A stretch of 64,000 nt of DNA, taken from assembly GCA_030295235.1 (NCBI GenBank), contig AP026125.1, positions 62,001 through 126,000 of the forward strand, given 5' to 3'. The number at the start of each line of letters is the position of its first letter. Position 1 is the stretch's first letter. Shown here piece by piece: positions 42,368-55,952 of the stretch. Below the pieces are notes generated by a model. The model was given only the letters and a program-made list of their open reading frames with translations, did no database searches and was not told the origin of the DNA. The translations under genes and the position numbers were made by a program. Origin of the DNA: Fistulifera solaris (lineage: Eukaryota).

Positions 42368-43060
42368 CTACAAGGGTTTCAGCACGATAGAATCTAGAAT
42401 AGCCGAAACGGATTGTACTGGAAGATTTGCACCGTGACAGTGCGTCGATAGAAGAACATTCTCGTTCCAGTGCAGGCGCGTTTTCCACTCAGGTCGCTTT
42501 GCCAGATGCAACGGTGGATGCGTGGTGACGTAAACAAGCTCCAGAGCATGTGACGAAAGTCGAAAGGGTTCTTCGCGACAAGTCACGAAACAGTGTTCCT
42601 CGTGCTGCACTTGCAATAAGCGATGGTGCACCAAGTCGTTCCACGAGACGTCGGCACTCGGTAAATGACTAAGAACTAACTCGAGTTGCCAACTTTCGTC
42701 GTGCGACGTCCATTGCATGTGATGCGGACTATTCCGGGCAATTGTTGCTTGATCGGGTGGTTGAATGGTGTATTCGCACGAAAAAGGATGGGTGACCTGT
42801 CGGGTAAACAGAGAGGGCGTTCGTGCAGTATCATCGAGCAATGATCCCATTGAAGTGGGTTGTTGAGACGCCTTGGTCCATGCGTTCATTCCTAGTAAAC
42901 CGGTCATGAACGATTGCATCGTTCGTCGTCGTAAAGGATCGTCTTCTTTCAGCCATTCGTTAGAGGCAAATCGCTTATTGGGTACTTTTTCGTCGTGACG
43001 AATGGACGAGTGGGAAACGAGCCATGCTGTGACCCAAAGTAGGCTGCCGCCGCAATACAT
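42368..43060 (-). CDS. Hypothetical protein, possibly PsbP-like thylakoid lumen protein
   Basis: Hydrophobic N-terminus, LRRR followed by a hydrophobic stretch (Tat-like), C-terminal AILDSIVLK. The fold assignment is weak. Confidence 0.4.
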   Translation of the reverse strand: MYCGGSLLWVTAWLVSHSSIRHDEKVPNKRFASNEWLKEDDPLRRRTMQSFMTGLLGMNAWTKASQQPTSMGSLLDDTARTPSLFTRQVTHPFSCEYTIQPPDQATIARNSPHHMQWTSHDESWQLELVLSHLPSADVSWNDLVHHRLLQVQHEEHCFVTCREEPFRLSSHALELVYVTTHPPLHLAKRPEWKTRLHWNENVLLSTHCHGANLPVQSVSAILDSIVLKPL

Positions 43061-43378
43061 TTCGTAACACTAAAGAGTTTGTGGTAGTACTGATAGAAAT
43101 GATTTCGATTATCTTGGCAGCATTTCTTCTTGGTGCGACGTCATGGTGGCGGCCGATTTTTCCTTGCAAAAAAATAATGGAGCGCTCGCGATACGATTCT
43201 AAACGATTGTCCTAGCGGTACACGACTAAGACTCTACCAATTTTTATCATAATGTCTGCCCCTCGGATTCCTTTAGCTAGGTTATGCGATAGGTATAGTG
43301 AGGGAAGACAACGATCTATTTGAATCATGCAGCAACTTACCGTACTTCTCTGCTATAATAAAGGCTATAATTAAAATC

Positions 43379-44332
43379 TCAAAATTGTGTAATCACTTTG
43401 GTTCGACTTTTCGTTTGATACCATTGTCGCAACCCACCCTCCGGAAGAACTATCGGCAGCCGCTGGCCTTCTTGTAATTCAGACAATACACACGACGACT
43501 CCACAGAGTACACGGCCTCACTTGTTTCGCGGAACGCCCGTCGAAAATCGTCAACCGTCAACTCTGGAAAGATGTCGGACAAGGCCCGCACAAAGTCTTC
43601 GTGCGGCCGGGACGCCCGATAGTCCGGTCGTTTCGCCGGTAACCGCAAATACCGACTCATCCCGGAGGGAATCTGCCACAAGAAACTCGTATGGTGCAAC
43701 CATCCCGTTTTCCCAATGCTTTGGGCGTTGCCGGCAATTTTCGAGTCCTCGTTCCACACGTAATCGTGTTCGCGTAAGGAAAACAAATTGTTGACTGCAC
43801 TTGAATCCTTCGATTGTTTCCGCTGTTGATAACTTTGGAGTCGCGTAAAGAGCGGATGAAAGAATTGCGTCGCCGTGTATTCCATTAACGGCCGCGGATA
43901 AAACGGGCGTGTCGGAAAATCACGTCCCATCAAGGTTGTCCATATACAATCGCCATTCATCAAGACGGTTCCACCACCCGAAAAACGACGAATGACGGGT
44001 ATTTGGTCTTCTTGCACCGACTCGGTATACAATAATTCCGGAATTTTCCCGCCAATTCCTACGACAATCGCGGCGTCGCGGGAGGAATGATGGAACGAAG
44101 AAGCCAGAGACCACGGAGAAGATTCCTTTAAAGTCGATTGGAGTCCATGGGTTCCAATCAAGATCCAGTTACACTGCGTCTGTGTTTGGTAGACATATTC
44201 TTCCAATACCAATCGTTCCAAAATGGACAATCCGGTCAAATCGAGATATTGCACGGTCGGCGCTATGGTGGTAGTGGAAGTCCATCGTCGCCGTCGTGAC
44301 AGCATTCGACGAAAGGTTTGTGATGAAATCAT
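43379..44332 (-). CDS. Lipoate-protein ligase/lipoyltransferase-like (BPL/LPL catalytic domain), probably mitochondrial
   Basis: RRFSGGGTV, KIAGNAQSI, LHHTSFLW, RPDYRASRPHEDF; Arg/Thr-rich presequence. Confidence 0.85.
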   Translation of the reverse strand: MISSQTFRRMLSRRRRWTSTTTIAPTVQYLDLTGLSILERLVLEEYVYQTQTQCNWILIGTHGLQSTLKESSPWSLASSFHHSSRDAAIVVGIGGKIPELLYTESVQEDQIPVIRRFSGGGTVLMNGDCIWTTLMGRDFPTRPFYPRPLMEYTATQFFHPLFTRLQSYQQRKQSKDSSAVNNLFSLREHDYVWNEDSKIAGNAQSIGKTGWLHHTSFLWQIPSGMSRYLRLPAKRPDYRASRPHEDFVRALSDIFPELTVDDFRRAFRETSEAVYSVESSCVLSELQEGQRLPIVLPEGGLRQWYQTKSRTKVITQF

Positions 44333-44709
44333 CTATCTGTATTGTGTCGAAAGGTAAATTGGAACGAATATAAATATACAAGCAATGGGCTACATAGCGA
44401 GATCCTGCGGTGAGCGCGCGGTGCGGTTGATTATTCTGCGTTTTGCGGTGGAAAAATGGGGATGACGTCACAACGTCTGTTTGTATGTCTGCTGGAGAAA
44501 ATACGCACGATCGACGGCAAGACTGTAGATATTCGCCGATCCACAAAAACGTCAGTCAAGTGTCGGCACTGCACAACATTGTACATTATTATTGAACGAC
44601 AAGAGGATTCTCGATTGATTTGTACCTTTCTTGGATGCGTCCATAGACCTTTTGTGGCTTACAAAACAAGAAATATATCAATCAACACAAAGACATTCTT
44701 CTATTGATC

Positions 44710-45657
44710 ATGTATAACTGCTATAAATTGTTACTGCTCCTTTTTGTGGGGTCAACAGGGGCATTTCAAGCCCCATTGGTGAGACATCATCACTCGTTGC
44801 GACCGACGACGCGTCCTGCCATCATGCTTTCAACAACACAATTATCGGCACAAAAACGAGTGGAGTACACAAATTCAAAGAAAGAAAACTTATCGCTTTG
44901 GAATTCTTCGACCACTGCCGCAACGACCGCCGCTATTTTCCTGACGGCCGCTTCGTTCTTCCCGGCCGCCGCCCACGCCGCGCCCTCCCTTTCCTCTTCG
45001 GCTTGGTGGAGCAGTCTCACGGAGACCGGATTTTATCAAGCTTTCACTCTAGTCTTTCTGAGTGAAATTGGTGACAAAACATTCTTTGTGGCCGGATTGT
45101 TGGGTATGAAATTGGGTCGATGGATTAGCTTTGTCGGATCTGTGGGGGCACTGGCGGTCATGACCGTGTTGAGTGTGTTAATTGGACAAGTCTTTCATGT
45201 CATGCCGAGCTTCGGCGGAGGGCAAATACCCCTGGATGATGTGGCTGCCATTGCGGCCTTTGCGTTCTTTGGTATCAAAACACTGCAAGATGCCCTCGCG
45301 ATGGAACCCGGTGCACCCAGTGCCATGGACGAAGAACTGGCGGAAGCGGAAGAAACCGTACAAGAACAAACATCTCTCTTGTCCGCGTCGCGGTTGGGAC
45401 AAGTAGCGAGTATCTTCGGTTTGGTCTTTGCGGCGGAATTTGGGGATCGCTCGTTTTTGAGTACGATCGCGTTGAGTGCCGCACAAAATCCGGTCAGTGT
45501 GTGCGGAGGCGCCATTGCGGCGCATGCGTTGGCCACGGGCATTGCGGTAGCGGGTGGATCGTATTTGGCCAAGTACATTAGTGAACGAGTGATTGGGATT
45601 ATCGGGGGGACCTTGTTTTTGGTCTTTGCCGTGACGACCGCGTTGGGTGTATTTTAA
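44710..45657 (+). CDS. GDT1/UPF0016-family Mn2+/Ca2+ transporter, plastid-targeted (PAM71-like)
   Basis: Two E-x-G-D-[KR]-[TS] motifs (EIGDKT, EFGDRS), acidic central loop, signal peptide ending TGA-FQAP followed by a transit peptide. Confidence 0.9.
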   Translation: MYNCYKLLLLLFVGSTGAFQAPLVRHHHSLRPTTRPAIMLSTTQLSAQKRVEYTNSKKENLSLWNSSTTAATTAAIFLTAASFFPAAAHAAPSLSSSAWWSSLTETGFYQAFTLVFLSEIGDKTFFVAGLLGMKLGRWISFVGSVGALAVMTVLSVLIGQVFHVMPSFGGGQIPLDDVAAIAAFAFFGIKTLQDALAMEPGAPSAMDEELAEAEETVQEQTSLLSASRLGQVASIFGLVFAAEFGDRSFLSTIALSAAQNPVSVCGGAIAAHALATGIAVAGGSYLAKYISERVIGIIGGTLFLVFAVTTALGVF

Positions 45658-46678
45658 AGGCTGGTAACAGTATAAATGAAATTCGAACAACGAGATTGCT
45701 CAACAATACCAGAGTGCGGAATGCTTTAATTCGAATGCACATTGGACGACAAGAACTCTTAAAATTCTTGCTAATTCTTTAATCGTCATTCATTCCAGAA
45801 TACTTTTACTTTACTGACAAGGCATGATGAGGCGAAAGCATAGCCTTTGGACATCCTATTCAATTGTGGTGATGCGCAGTATCGATTGCCTAGAAAGTAC
45901 GTCAAAACATTTGTCTCTACTGAAGAATGGCAGTCTTTCGTGCTTGTCGATGAACTAGTCGATGAAGCTGGAAAATTGTTATGGGAGTCTTTAACGGTGG
46001 CATGAACCAGCCCATTTCTCCCTAAAGCAACAAGCAGCTGCCAATACTCTTGTCAACGACACCAAGACAGCTCAAGAGAATCGGCAAAGCAAAGCTTTTT
46101 TTCCAGAGTTGTCACAGTCGTCGCTTTAATTTTTAGTGACAACCTGTGACTACGACGCTTTCGCTTTATACCGGAGTAAGACAAGCCTAAAGACATTTTG
46201 GGTCTAAGTTTATCCTACCGCTCAGACATATAAATTATTAGCAACACTAGTTTTGCACGAAAGTTTCTCACGACACACACCAGTCTTGTGTTCAACGGTC
46301 AGCCAATCGGATCTTTTTTTGTTGCATGATTGTGATATGATTTGAAATTTAAAATTCTTCGAACATATTTTGTAGTTAAGTGTACGACAAAGAAATTTAG
46401 AATACTTAATGGTAAGAGCTCCTAATAAATAGTCTATATGTAAAAGAAAGTACAAACTCAACGGCTCTCTCGTGCTGGTTGGCGGACCAATTTGTCGAAC
46501 CTTTCACGCAAAGCATTATTGCGAAACGCCGACAACGATTTCAATTTGGTCGACGGGACTCTCTACGAGACAGAGGATCCGATCGGATGTTTCACAAATC
46601 GTCAACAAGTTCCTATTACAGAAAAGCAAGCTGAATTTTCGCTCATCACTTTCCAAATAACAAACATCACACTGAAGA

Positions 46679-48476
46679 ATGCGAGGGCTCAGCACTTCCA
46701 CTGCAACTTTAGCAATATGTTCTTTCGTCGCTTCCTCCTTGGCCGCTGAAACCACTCACGTAAGAGCAAGGGGAGGCGGAGCGAAATTGTCAGACTATGA
46801 GATTCTTCCCAGTGCCAATTTCAAAACGGCCGCGCACAAGTCAAAAAAAGTCTTCGAGTCATGATTTAGAAAGTATGTACCCAACCGCATCGGCGGTTCC
46901 GACAGCAACCGCATTTCCTACAGCTGCAACGCTAGCTCCAACGCTTACTTTCAGTCCAACAACGGGCAAAGGAAAAGGCAAGAAGAGCAGTAAAGGTTCC
47001 AAAAGCGGCAAGGGTAAAGGAAAAGGAAAGAAATGTCCGAGCAGCAAGAGCGGCAAGGGTGGAAAAGCAAGTAGTAGTGTCAAAAGTAACGGCAAAGCAG
47101 GCAAGGCCGGAAAGGGCGACAGTGGCAGCTCCAGTGCCAAAGGGAGCGGTAAAGGTAGCGGCAAGGGCAGCAAGAAGAGCGACGATTTTTGTGAAGAGGA
47201 AACTGAAGTTCCCTCTCCAGCTCCTTCAACGGTAGTGCCGACTGCAACATCCCCTCCAGTCGAACCTATCGTCACCTCAATTCCGTCATCGACTTCGGCC
47301 CCAACAAGTACCGCCGCTCCTACGGCGATCGACTTTGAGATTACGTTAGATCTTACAGCAGTTCCTGAAGACTGTAGACAAGCATTTGAAGACGCAGCGA
47401 ATCGCTGGGAGGAAGTAATCGTGGGAGACCTTGTCGACGTTGATACGAATGGTCTGGTTAGTGAGAACTGTCCAAATCTGCCTCCTATCATCGACGATGT
47501 CTTTCTCTGCGCCAGCCTTCAACCGAATGACGGAGAAGGGGGTGTGCTGGGATCTGCCGGGCCAGATAAGTTTTTCTAAGAGCTTGGGACAGCAAGGATT
47601 GCAGTTGGCACTCACTCGATTTTTTCTCGTTCTTCACAGTTCGTACGTCAAGACACTACTCCCTTTACGACAACTATCGGTCAAATGACATTCGATCTCG
47701 ATGATATTGAGCTATTGAAGGCAGAAGGAACATTTGCTTCGGTGATTGTAAGTCCTTCATGGGCTGCCATACCTAGTATCAGTACCGCTGGGACACTCAC
47801 ATTTTTCTTCTCTGAAACTTTCAGCTTCACGAAATGGGACACGTGCTCGGTTTCGGAACCCTTTGGGAAATCAATGGCTTTACCAACAGTGCCAATCCTC
47901 CATGTTCTTACTCCGAATCTTCCAGGGCAAATGCCGAATGGCAAACACTCAGTGGATGCACTTCGGCGGTTCCCATGGAACAAACGGGAGGTTCTGGTAC
48001 ACAGTGCAGTCACTGGTCCGATGAATGCTTCGTAGACGAGTTAATGACCGGCTTTTTCTTCGGGGGCCATGCCGATTTCGCGTGTCACAATTGGCTCCAT
48101 GGAAGACATGGGATACGAAGTCGACTACTCGGCCGCAGATCCGTTCACCGCCGCCGATTTAAGTCCCACATGCCGATGCAGCAATCTGGAAGCGGCGTTA
48201 CAAGGCGAAGATACGTTCAAGAGCACGAATGCAACAATTACAGAACGTCCTGCGGTCACTGGAACCAAACAACTGGGAGGCGGCCGCCGACGAAAGTTGA
48301 GTGACGTTGGCAGGACCAAAGCCTTCGAATACGGTGAAATGTTGCTTCTGGAACGCAAGATCAAGCGAAAGAGCATCGTTCAAGAAAACGATTCCGTCCT
48401 GTACGTCGGTGATCGCATTGTGGTGGTCCTGTATGAAGAAGAGGGCCATTTGTATGGTGTTGAAGTCCGTGGTTAA
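46679..48476 (+). CDS. Secreted leishmanolysin-like (M8) zinc metalloprotease, copy 1. Introns ~47565-47639 and 47748-47824; frameshifts at ~46846 and ~48065
   Basis: Signal peptide, GKGK/KSSK-rich tract, PTS-rich linker, AANRWEEVIVGDL, DGEGGVLGSAGP, LHEMGHVLGFG, CSHW, ELMTG, SMEDMGYEVDY. Confidence 0.88.
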
Positions 48477-49567
48477 ACGAACGAACACACAATGCATACC
48501 TCCTTTTCATATTGCAACTCGAGCGCACACGACCTTCGTGTCCTCGAATTAGACCTGTGTCTCCTTCTGTCTTGAAGATGAAGGAACCTGTTGTTTCTGG
48601 AAGAATTTTGTAACATTAGTATATGTCTGCATTTCATACAATCCGTTATAAATCAATAATCATTAAAACGAACGCACCTTGCTTCAAAAGCTTCGCCGTC
48701 TCTTCCTACGGTCACAGCACGGTTCGTGGTTCACGTATCGCTTTGGTCGATTATTGTAGATGCTGTCCTTGTTGATCTTTGTCACGTTATTTGCAGAGTG
48801 TGTTGCAAGAGTGTCTTAAGCAATGACGCATTACCAATAGATCTTCTGAATTTACGCTCGGACCCCACCATTTCTTAGACGATAAATGATTCACAGCATC
48901 ATTTTGCGACAGAGTTACTGTATCATTGCTTCATCGAAAGAAATTGTGGGGCACGACAAATCGTTCCTTATTCGCGTCATTGTTTTGGGTTTTCACGAAA
49001 AGCTTGCAGGGTCGCTGAAACGCATTCCTCTCAATATTGTCGAAATCTCAACTACATACATATTATGCTGTCTTGACTGGGTGTCTTTCATCCCTCTCGC
49101 TGGCCTCATTATTTGTATTGAAACATTCGTGTTGTGTGTTATGTCATTGAGATCGCCATGGTCGAGCGATGCTGCGAATGCGTGCGACAGAAATAATGCG
49201 AGAGGGAAATCTGTCATGTTCCGTACGTCGTGCGTTTTCTACGAAGGTCGTGCCGTCGTGCCACAATCAATCGCGGAGCGATATTAACAGGTTCGTGATA
49301 TAATTGACGAAAACGACTCCCTACACATCAGACGATAGTCGAAGTCGTGTGACAGATGTCACAATGCGGCCAAAATTGGCGGTCTGTACTGTTTACTATC
49401 GCACGAAACCTGTTTCACGGGAACGAAACGAAGTCGAAAGGGTCACAAGTTCGTGTCCCGCCTTTTTTCAAACGTGAGATGCAACAACATCGACGACAAG
49501 AACAACAGCCGATCGACATCTCGAGTCACAGCAGCTGGTCTTTTGAAGTACCTTGCAATAAACCAAC

Positions 49568-51664
49568 ATGCTGAGACGGTGGCAAACAGCGTTACTGTAT
49601 TGCTGTTTAGCATCGATGTGTTGTAGGAAAGGGGCAGACGCCACCGGCGCTCGACTTGTCTTTCAAGATGAACTCTTTGTACATGAAATGAACCAAAAGA
49701 ACGCTACCAGTACTGCTACGATAAAAGAATCAGGCAGAGACGAACCAAAGTCAACAACGGGGGGACTTCGTGTGAAAGCGAATGCGAAGAAATCAAAATC
49801 ATCCTCCAGGTCATCAAAAAGTGGCAAAAGAGTGGCAAGAAGAAGAAGAACGGCGGCCCGGTTCGGACTGTCACTATCGAACCCTTCTTAATAGGTTACA
49901 TGGTACCGAATTTGAAAGAAAGACCACCATTAAATGATGTGATTGACCTGATATGTCTTACGGAAGATTTTTATGGAGATGCTTTCATGGAGAATGTCCT
50001 GTTTCAGGAATCCTTTCGTTCGGTGAAGCTTACCTTTGTGGATGACATTGTTTATTCGCAAGCTCATGGAAGCTTCAATTATATGCTAAACTTGACAGCA
50101 CACGTCAACTTCGAGAAAGAAAGTTTCCGCAAAGGTTTCAACGACCGGATCGTTCCGTTTATGGACGACAAAGTAAATTTGCCAAAATATGTCGAAAACT
50201 ACGTGCAAGAGGTCCCTGCGTTTCGCTCTACTGTCACTTCTACCGTCATCATTCCTTCGAAGGAGCCAGATACTGCACCTATACCATCTCCCGTCGCCCC
50301 GACACCGATCGGGTCGCCCGTCACAGCTCCAGTCACGGCACCCGTCGAAACACCCGTAATGGCACCCGTTGAAGCACCGCCGTCTTCCACTGTCTTACCA
50401 ACAAGTCCAGGTACAGTCATGCCCACGACCGATCGATTTGATATTACCTTGGATTTATCGGAAGTGCCCGAGGGTTTCCGCGAAGTGTTTACTCTGGCCG
50501 CGGATCGGTGGTCGGAAGTGGTCATTGGAGACCTGGAGGCAATCGAGGGGACCACCGAAAGTTCTTGTGGTGCTCTAGCGCCAGCAATGATTGATGATCT
50601 CTTCATCTGTGCCAAAACAGAAAATATTGACGGAATTGATGGTGTGCTCGGTAGTGCCGGGCCCGAATTTGCAAGGTTTACGCCGACAACCATTCCTTAC
50701 ATCGGGGCGATGCGATTCGATTCGGCGGATGTGGAAGCTCTCCAAGCGGGCGGCACTCTTGCGAGTGTTATCGTAAGTAACTACTCTTGACCGAATACTT
50801 GAAAGTGTGTATGAAGCTAGCGATTCTCACTCTTTAAATTTTTCTCAGCTCCATGAGATGGGACACGTACTGGGGCTTGGTACGCTGTGGACGCTGAATA
50901 ATCTGCAAACGAGTGCTCAGGCAGACACTGCGACTCCTCCGTGTCCTTACAATGGCAACACAAAGGCGTCTGCGGAATTTCAAGCGATTAGCGGATGTGC
51001 GGGTGTGGCGGTTCCTATTGAGTTCGATGGAGGCCCGGGTACGCAATGCGGGCATTGGGAAGAGGACTGTTTGTTGGACGAGCTCATGACGGGCTTCTCC
51101 ACTGGATCTTTACCGTTATCTCGCATTACTGTCGCATCGCTAGAGGACATGGGTTATGTTGTAGACTATGATGCGGCGGATCCGTACACTTCAGCAGATT
51201 TGGCCCCAACTTGTGTTTGCAGCAGCAATCTTCAGGAAAAAGATGGCGTAACAAAAGATCAATCCAAGAGGAAGCGGCCTGGCACGACCTCAAATGTACT
51301 CAAGCTTGGTGCGTTTTCTGTTTCGACTTTATTCAGTGTTCCTTCGGAAGAGTCAGTAGAAAAGGTAGAGCGAGGAAGTGCTGATGGCGGCCAGGAAATA
51401 GTGACAACTCGCCGCCATCCTTCGGATCAAAACCTAATAAGCAACACCACCAACGTGATAACTCGAGGCAACCGAAGTCGAAAGTTAAGCCAAGAAGGTC
51501 GTCAAATCGCCCTCGATTATGGTAATAAGCTGCTTCTTCAGAACAAAGAACTGAAAGCAAGACTGCCGCCCGAACTAGCACAGAGATATGTAGGTGATCA
51601 GGCCGTCATTATTTTGTACCTCGAAGATGGTGAAATCTTTTCCGTCGAAGTGCAGCGTGGATAG
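49568..51664 (+). CDS. Secreted leishmanolysin-like (M8) metalloprotease, copy 2. Intron 50773-50848; frameshift at ~49828
   Basis: Signal peptide, KKSKSSS tract, extra ~120-aa globular insert, AADRWSEVVIGDL, LHEMGHVLGLG, CGHW, ELMTG, SLEDMGY. Confidence 0.88.
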
Positions 51665-51953
51665 TGCAGGTTACATGTCACAAAGGTGAAATGCGATTGT
51701 GCAAAATGATGGTCGTGTTCAAAGACTGGTAGTCGAAGAACATTTATCACACACAAGACAGCACCACATTAAAGTTCGTGTCTGATTCATTACCTGGTTT
51801 CGCTGCTGAATCGACTGGCAAGATGAACGCGCATTTAGCGGCGTCTATCTGTCAAACGTAGATTGCAGACAGCAACAAAGTTATTCTATGAGAAAAAGAA
51901 TATACCCCTAGGTATAAGTATTCGTAAGAAGTACAATATTTATGTAAACTCAA

Positions 51954-53180
51954 TTAAAATACATCCAATTCTTCTTCTTCCATCGCGTAAGGACTATCCT
52001 CCATATCGCCAATGGGTTCCGACGACGCAGTTACGGACGACTTCTTGTTGATTACACCAGTATCTCCCGTCTTGTTATTCTTAACAACAGCTTCACGTAC
52101 AGCGCTTTGCAGTTTCTCTTGCAAAACTTCGTCTTCTTGTAATATTTGCACCAAATTTTGTTTTCCTTGCGCCAAATTATTGCCCTGCAAGGCGTACCAG
52201 CTTCCCTTGCGCTCTAATACGCCCAATTCGGTCGCCACCGAAACCAAGTCACCCCAGCTATCGATCCCTTTTCCAAAGAGAATATCCAGATTGACCACAC
52301 GAAACGGCGGAGCAATCTTGTTCTTCACGACTTTCACTTTGATGCGAATTCCGGCGTTCGGAGGCAATATTTCCTGTCGCCGGGTATCCAATCGTACCGA
52401 CGCATAAAACTTCAACGCATTGCCACCAGCAGTGACTTCGGGACTCCCGTAAATCACCCCTACTTTCTGGCGCAATTGATTGAGGAAAATAACAATGGCA
52501 TTACTGGAATGCAAACTTCCTGTCAACTTGCGCAGGGCCTTGCTCATGAGACGGGCTTGCAATCCAATTTGCGCATCCCCCATGCTGCCTTCCAACTCCG
52601 CACGGGGTACTAACGCCGCAACACTATCAATGACGACAATATCGACCGCACGACTGCGAATCAACTGATCACAAACATCCAGCGCCATTTCTCCCGAATC
52701 CGGTTGCGACAACAACAATTGCGAAGCATCCACTCCCAACGCTTGTGCGTACGACAAATCCAACGCATGTTCCGCATCAATAAACGCCGCCGTCCCGCCC
52801 TTCTTTTGACATTCGGCGATTGCGTGTAACGCCAGTGTCGTTTTTCCCGACGACTCGGGGCCGTAAATTTCCACGACACGGCCTTTCGGGTACCCCTGTC
52901 CTCCCAATGCCATATCCAACGTCCAGGCGCCGGTACTGAGACATTCGACGGCGGGAAGATCCGCATTTCCTAATTGTAAAATGCTGCCTCGTCCGTAACT
53001 GCGTTCAATTTGATTCAACACACTTTGTAAGGCCGCTGATTTGCTGTTGCTGTCGTCGGGTGCCGTGTTGCGTGCGGCGTTTAACGTGAACGAGACCCGC
53101 GGCGGAGCGACCGTAACAAAGGCGCTGCTTTCACTGACGCAAACCGAAAGAAGGAATGATATGTGATTCGGAATCTTCAT
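51954..53180 (-). CDS. recA: Bacterial-type RecA, plastid-targeted
   Basis: [12 protein letters not shown]alker [57 protein letters not shown]; signal peptide with SSA-FV cleavage motif. Confidence 0.96.
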   Translation of the reverse strand: MKIPNHISFLLSVCVSESSAFVTVAPPRVSFTLNAARNTAPDDSNSKSAALQSVLNQIERSYGRGSILQLGNADLPAVECLSTGAWTLDMALGGQGYPKGRVVEIYGPESSGKTTLALHAIAECQKKGGTAAFIDAEHALDLSYAQALGVDASQLLLSQPDSGEMALDVCDQLIRSRAVDIVVIDSVAALVPRAELEGSMGDAQIGLQARLMSKALRKLTGSLHSSNAIVIFLNQLRQKVGVIYGSPEVTAGGNALKFYASVRLDTRRQEILPPNAGIRIKVKVVKNKIAPPFRVVNLDILFGKGIDSWGDLVSVATELGVLERKGSWYALQGNNLAQGKQNLVQILQEDEVLQEKLQSAVREAVVKNNKTGDTGVINKKSSVTASSEPIGDMEDSPYAMEEEELDVF

Positions 53181-53492
53181 GTTGACAAAAGGAATGAATG
53201 TGATTGCTTTGTTGTGATACGAAAGAATAATAAAAGCGAGCGATCCTTTTGCTGTTGTATAGCAAAAACAGTAGGCGTCGGTACGAAGTTTTTGCGGCTG
53301 CTGTCAAGGTTGTGATACTGATTAAGGTTCGCGATAGAAAAACGTAGGCCTGCGCGAGCGCGCCGGCCACGCCTCGAATTTTGAAGGAAACGCACCGTTC
53401 ACTTTTTCGTCCCATTTCAAACGCCCACCATTTGCGGGCAGACGATGATAAGACGACAATAAAAGAGATAAGATCATTTACATCAGCTTCAG

Positions 53493-55462
53493 ATGAGATC
53501 CTTTACAATTTACTCGCTGTTCGTGACCGCCACATGGGCCAACACACGGCATCCTCGTTTGAATCATCATGTAAGAAAGCGCTCTTTGCAAGGGACGACA
53601 CCGTACGGCAATTTCGATGACCAGGAGCATGATTATATTCTTTCGATTACTCCTCCAGCCATGCACCATGATATTCCTCAAAGTAGTACGAAAACAACGT
53701 CGTCTAAAAAGTCGTCCAGTAGCAAAAAGTCGAAAGGAAAAGGCAGCAAAGGAAAGGGAAGCAAGGACTCCTCCTCCTCGAAATCCAAGGGGAAAGGAAA
53801 AGGGAAAAAGAAATCCAAGAAAAGCAGTAGCAAGGCAACTTCGAGTCCTGCGCCCACATTATCTCCCGTTGTAGAAGAAACAGCTCCGACCCAAACTCCG
53901 GCTCTGGCTACACAAGTTCCAGCAACAACTGTAGCACCCGCAGCACCTCCAACGACAGATGCTCCAACATCACGTCCGACCATGGAAACGCTTCAAGCAC
54001 CGACGAGTTCGCCGACGCCTCTCGATCCAGCTTCGACAAACGCACCAGCTCCTGTAGACGACACTTCGACGAGTGTGCCGAGTGTGTCGGACACTGATTC
54101 GACAAACGCACCTACTCCTGCAGACGACTCCTCGACGAGTGCGCCAACTTCACTGGATACATCTCTATCGAGCGTTCCAACTGCTGCAATCGTATCGTCA
54201 ACAGATCTGCCTACTGCATCGGATGAATCTCGAACGAGTGCTCCTACTGCTTCAACAAACCCTCCGACAAGCGCGGCTGAAGCTCCTACAGCCGTTCCTG
54301 TCGCTTTACCCACCGGAGATTTCGAAACGACGCTCAATTTGGATCAAGTGCCTCCTCAATTTCATGGTGTCTTTCGAAATGCTGCGGCCAAATGGGATAG
54401 CATCATTGTGGGTGATCTAGAAGACTATCCTATTTTTGAAGAAGATCGAACCAATCCAGAGCTTCTTTGCGACGGTAATAGCTTGCCCGAAATTGTCGAC
54501 GATGTCTTCATTTGTGCACGACTTCCGAACATTGACGGCCCTAACTCTATCCTTGGTTCAGCCGGCCCCATTTTTGGAAGAGTGGGAGACTTTGTTCAAA
54601 CGGCGGTGGGTTATATGGAATTCGATCTCGCGGATGTTGAAATGCTGGAGACACAAGGTCGATTAGACGGTCTTATCGTAAGTACAATCCCTTGTTTGAT
54701 ATATTGACCCACATTCTATGCTCATATAATCCTCTGCTCTATGTCGTATTTGCAGTTGCATGAAATGGCACACGTGGTGAGTTGTCTTTCGATTGATTGC
54801 CTACTTGTCATCGCTTTTCACTAACGGTTTAGAACAAATCATAGTACGGCACAGGAACACTTTGGGGACAAAACGGATTGGTCACTGACACTCCCGACTG
54901 TCCCTACTCGTATGATTCAAAAGCCAGCGAGGAATATCGTGCTTTGAGTGGCTGTGACACAGCCGTGCCTATCGAAACGACCGGCGGCTCGGGCACTGCG
55001 TGTTTGCATTGGGCTGAGAGCTGCTTTCAAACCGAGCTGATGACGGGCGTCAATACAGGCGATCAAGAGTTATCTCGTCTTTCAATCGCCACGTTGGAGG
55101 ATATGGGATACGTTGTGGACTACAGCCAAGCGGATCCCTATTCTGTGGATCAAATGGACCCAAGTTGTATCTGCGGCGCCAATCAAGTCCGTGAAAACGA
55201 TTTTCAACTTTCGAATGGTGTATCAATGAGCTTTGATTGGCAAGATAATCGTCGTTCCCTCCGTTATGATGCGAACGATAAAGAGCGCGAGCAGGCCATA
55301 CATTACGGAAAGAAGAAACTTCAAGTTAATCATCGTTCGGCGGAGCACATGTCCCGCAACACCGATCCTCGAAGGATATACTTGGCGGACAAAGTCGTGC
55401 TCGTACTCTACTTTGACAAAGATGAGCGCGTTCAATCTGTTTTAGTCACACCGGATTCTTGA
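53493..55462 (+). CDS. Secreted leishmanolysin-like (M8) metalloprotease, copy 3. Introns 54678-54755 and 54777-54844
   Basis: Signal peptide, RKRSLQ, KKSSSSKKSKGKGSK tract, PTS linker, AAAKWDSIIVGDL, microexon LHEMAHV, CLHW, ELMTG. Confidence 0.9.
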
Positions 55463-55952
55463 AAGTGAAAGCAAGCCGTCCATGTGTTCTTCCTCTGCAG
55501 TTCCTCTGATCCGTGAAAGATGTCGTTGGAAAACAATAAGGTCAATTTTGTCTCAAAACTGGGGTGTCATATGGCTTCAGAGCAAGTTGCATGATTTTTG
55601 GGCATTTTGCTTGCAGACCACAACGAAAAGATGAGAGTTATTAAGTGACGAAGCAGCATTTGCAAACATTGACCACCCTAGTTCGTACTCCGGAGTAATT
55701 CGTAAGGTCTTAAGTGTGATGGTGTGACATTAAGTTACTCCTTGTACAGTTTCACCAGTCTAAAATAATACCTCATTGTACATTCAAGCATATAGTCCTC
55801 TATTTACTTAAAAATAAATATTTCGCTCCACTGGTCGCGCCAAAATTTCGTTTTGAAACGGTCAACTTCCTCACATTTTTCCCATTTCATTTCTTGTCAA
55901 CTTCTTTGGTTGCAACTGTAATTCGAATCGTTGCAAAACAAAAAGCACCATC

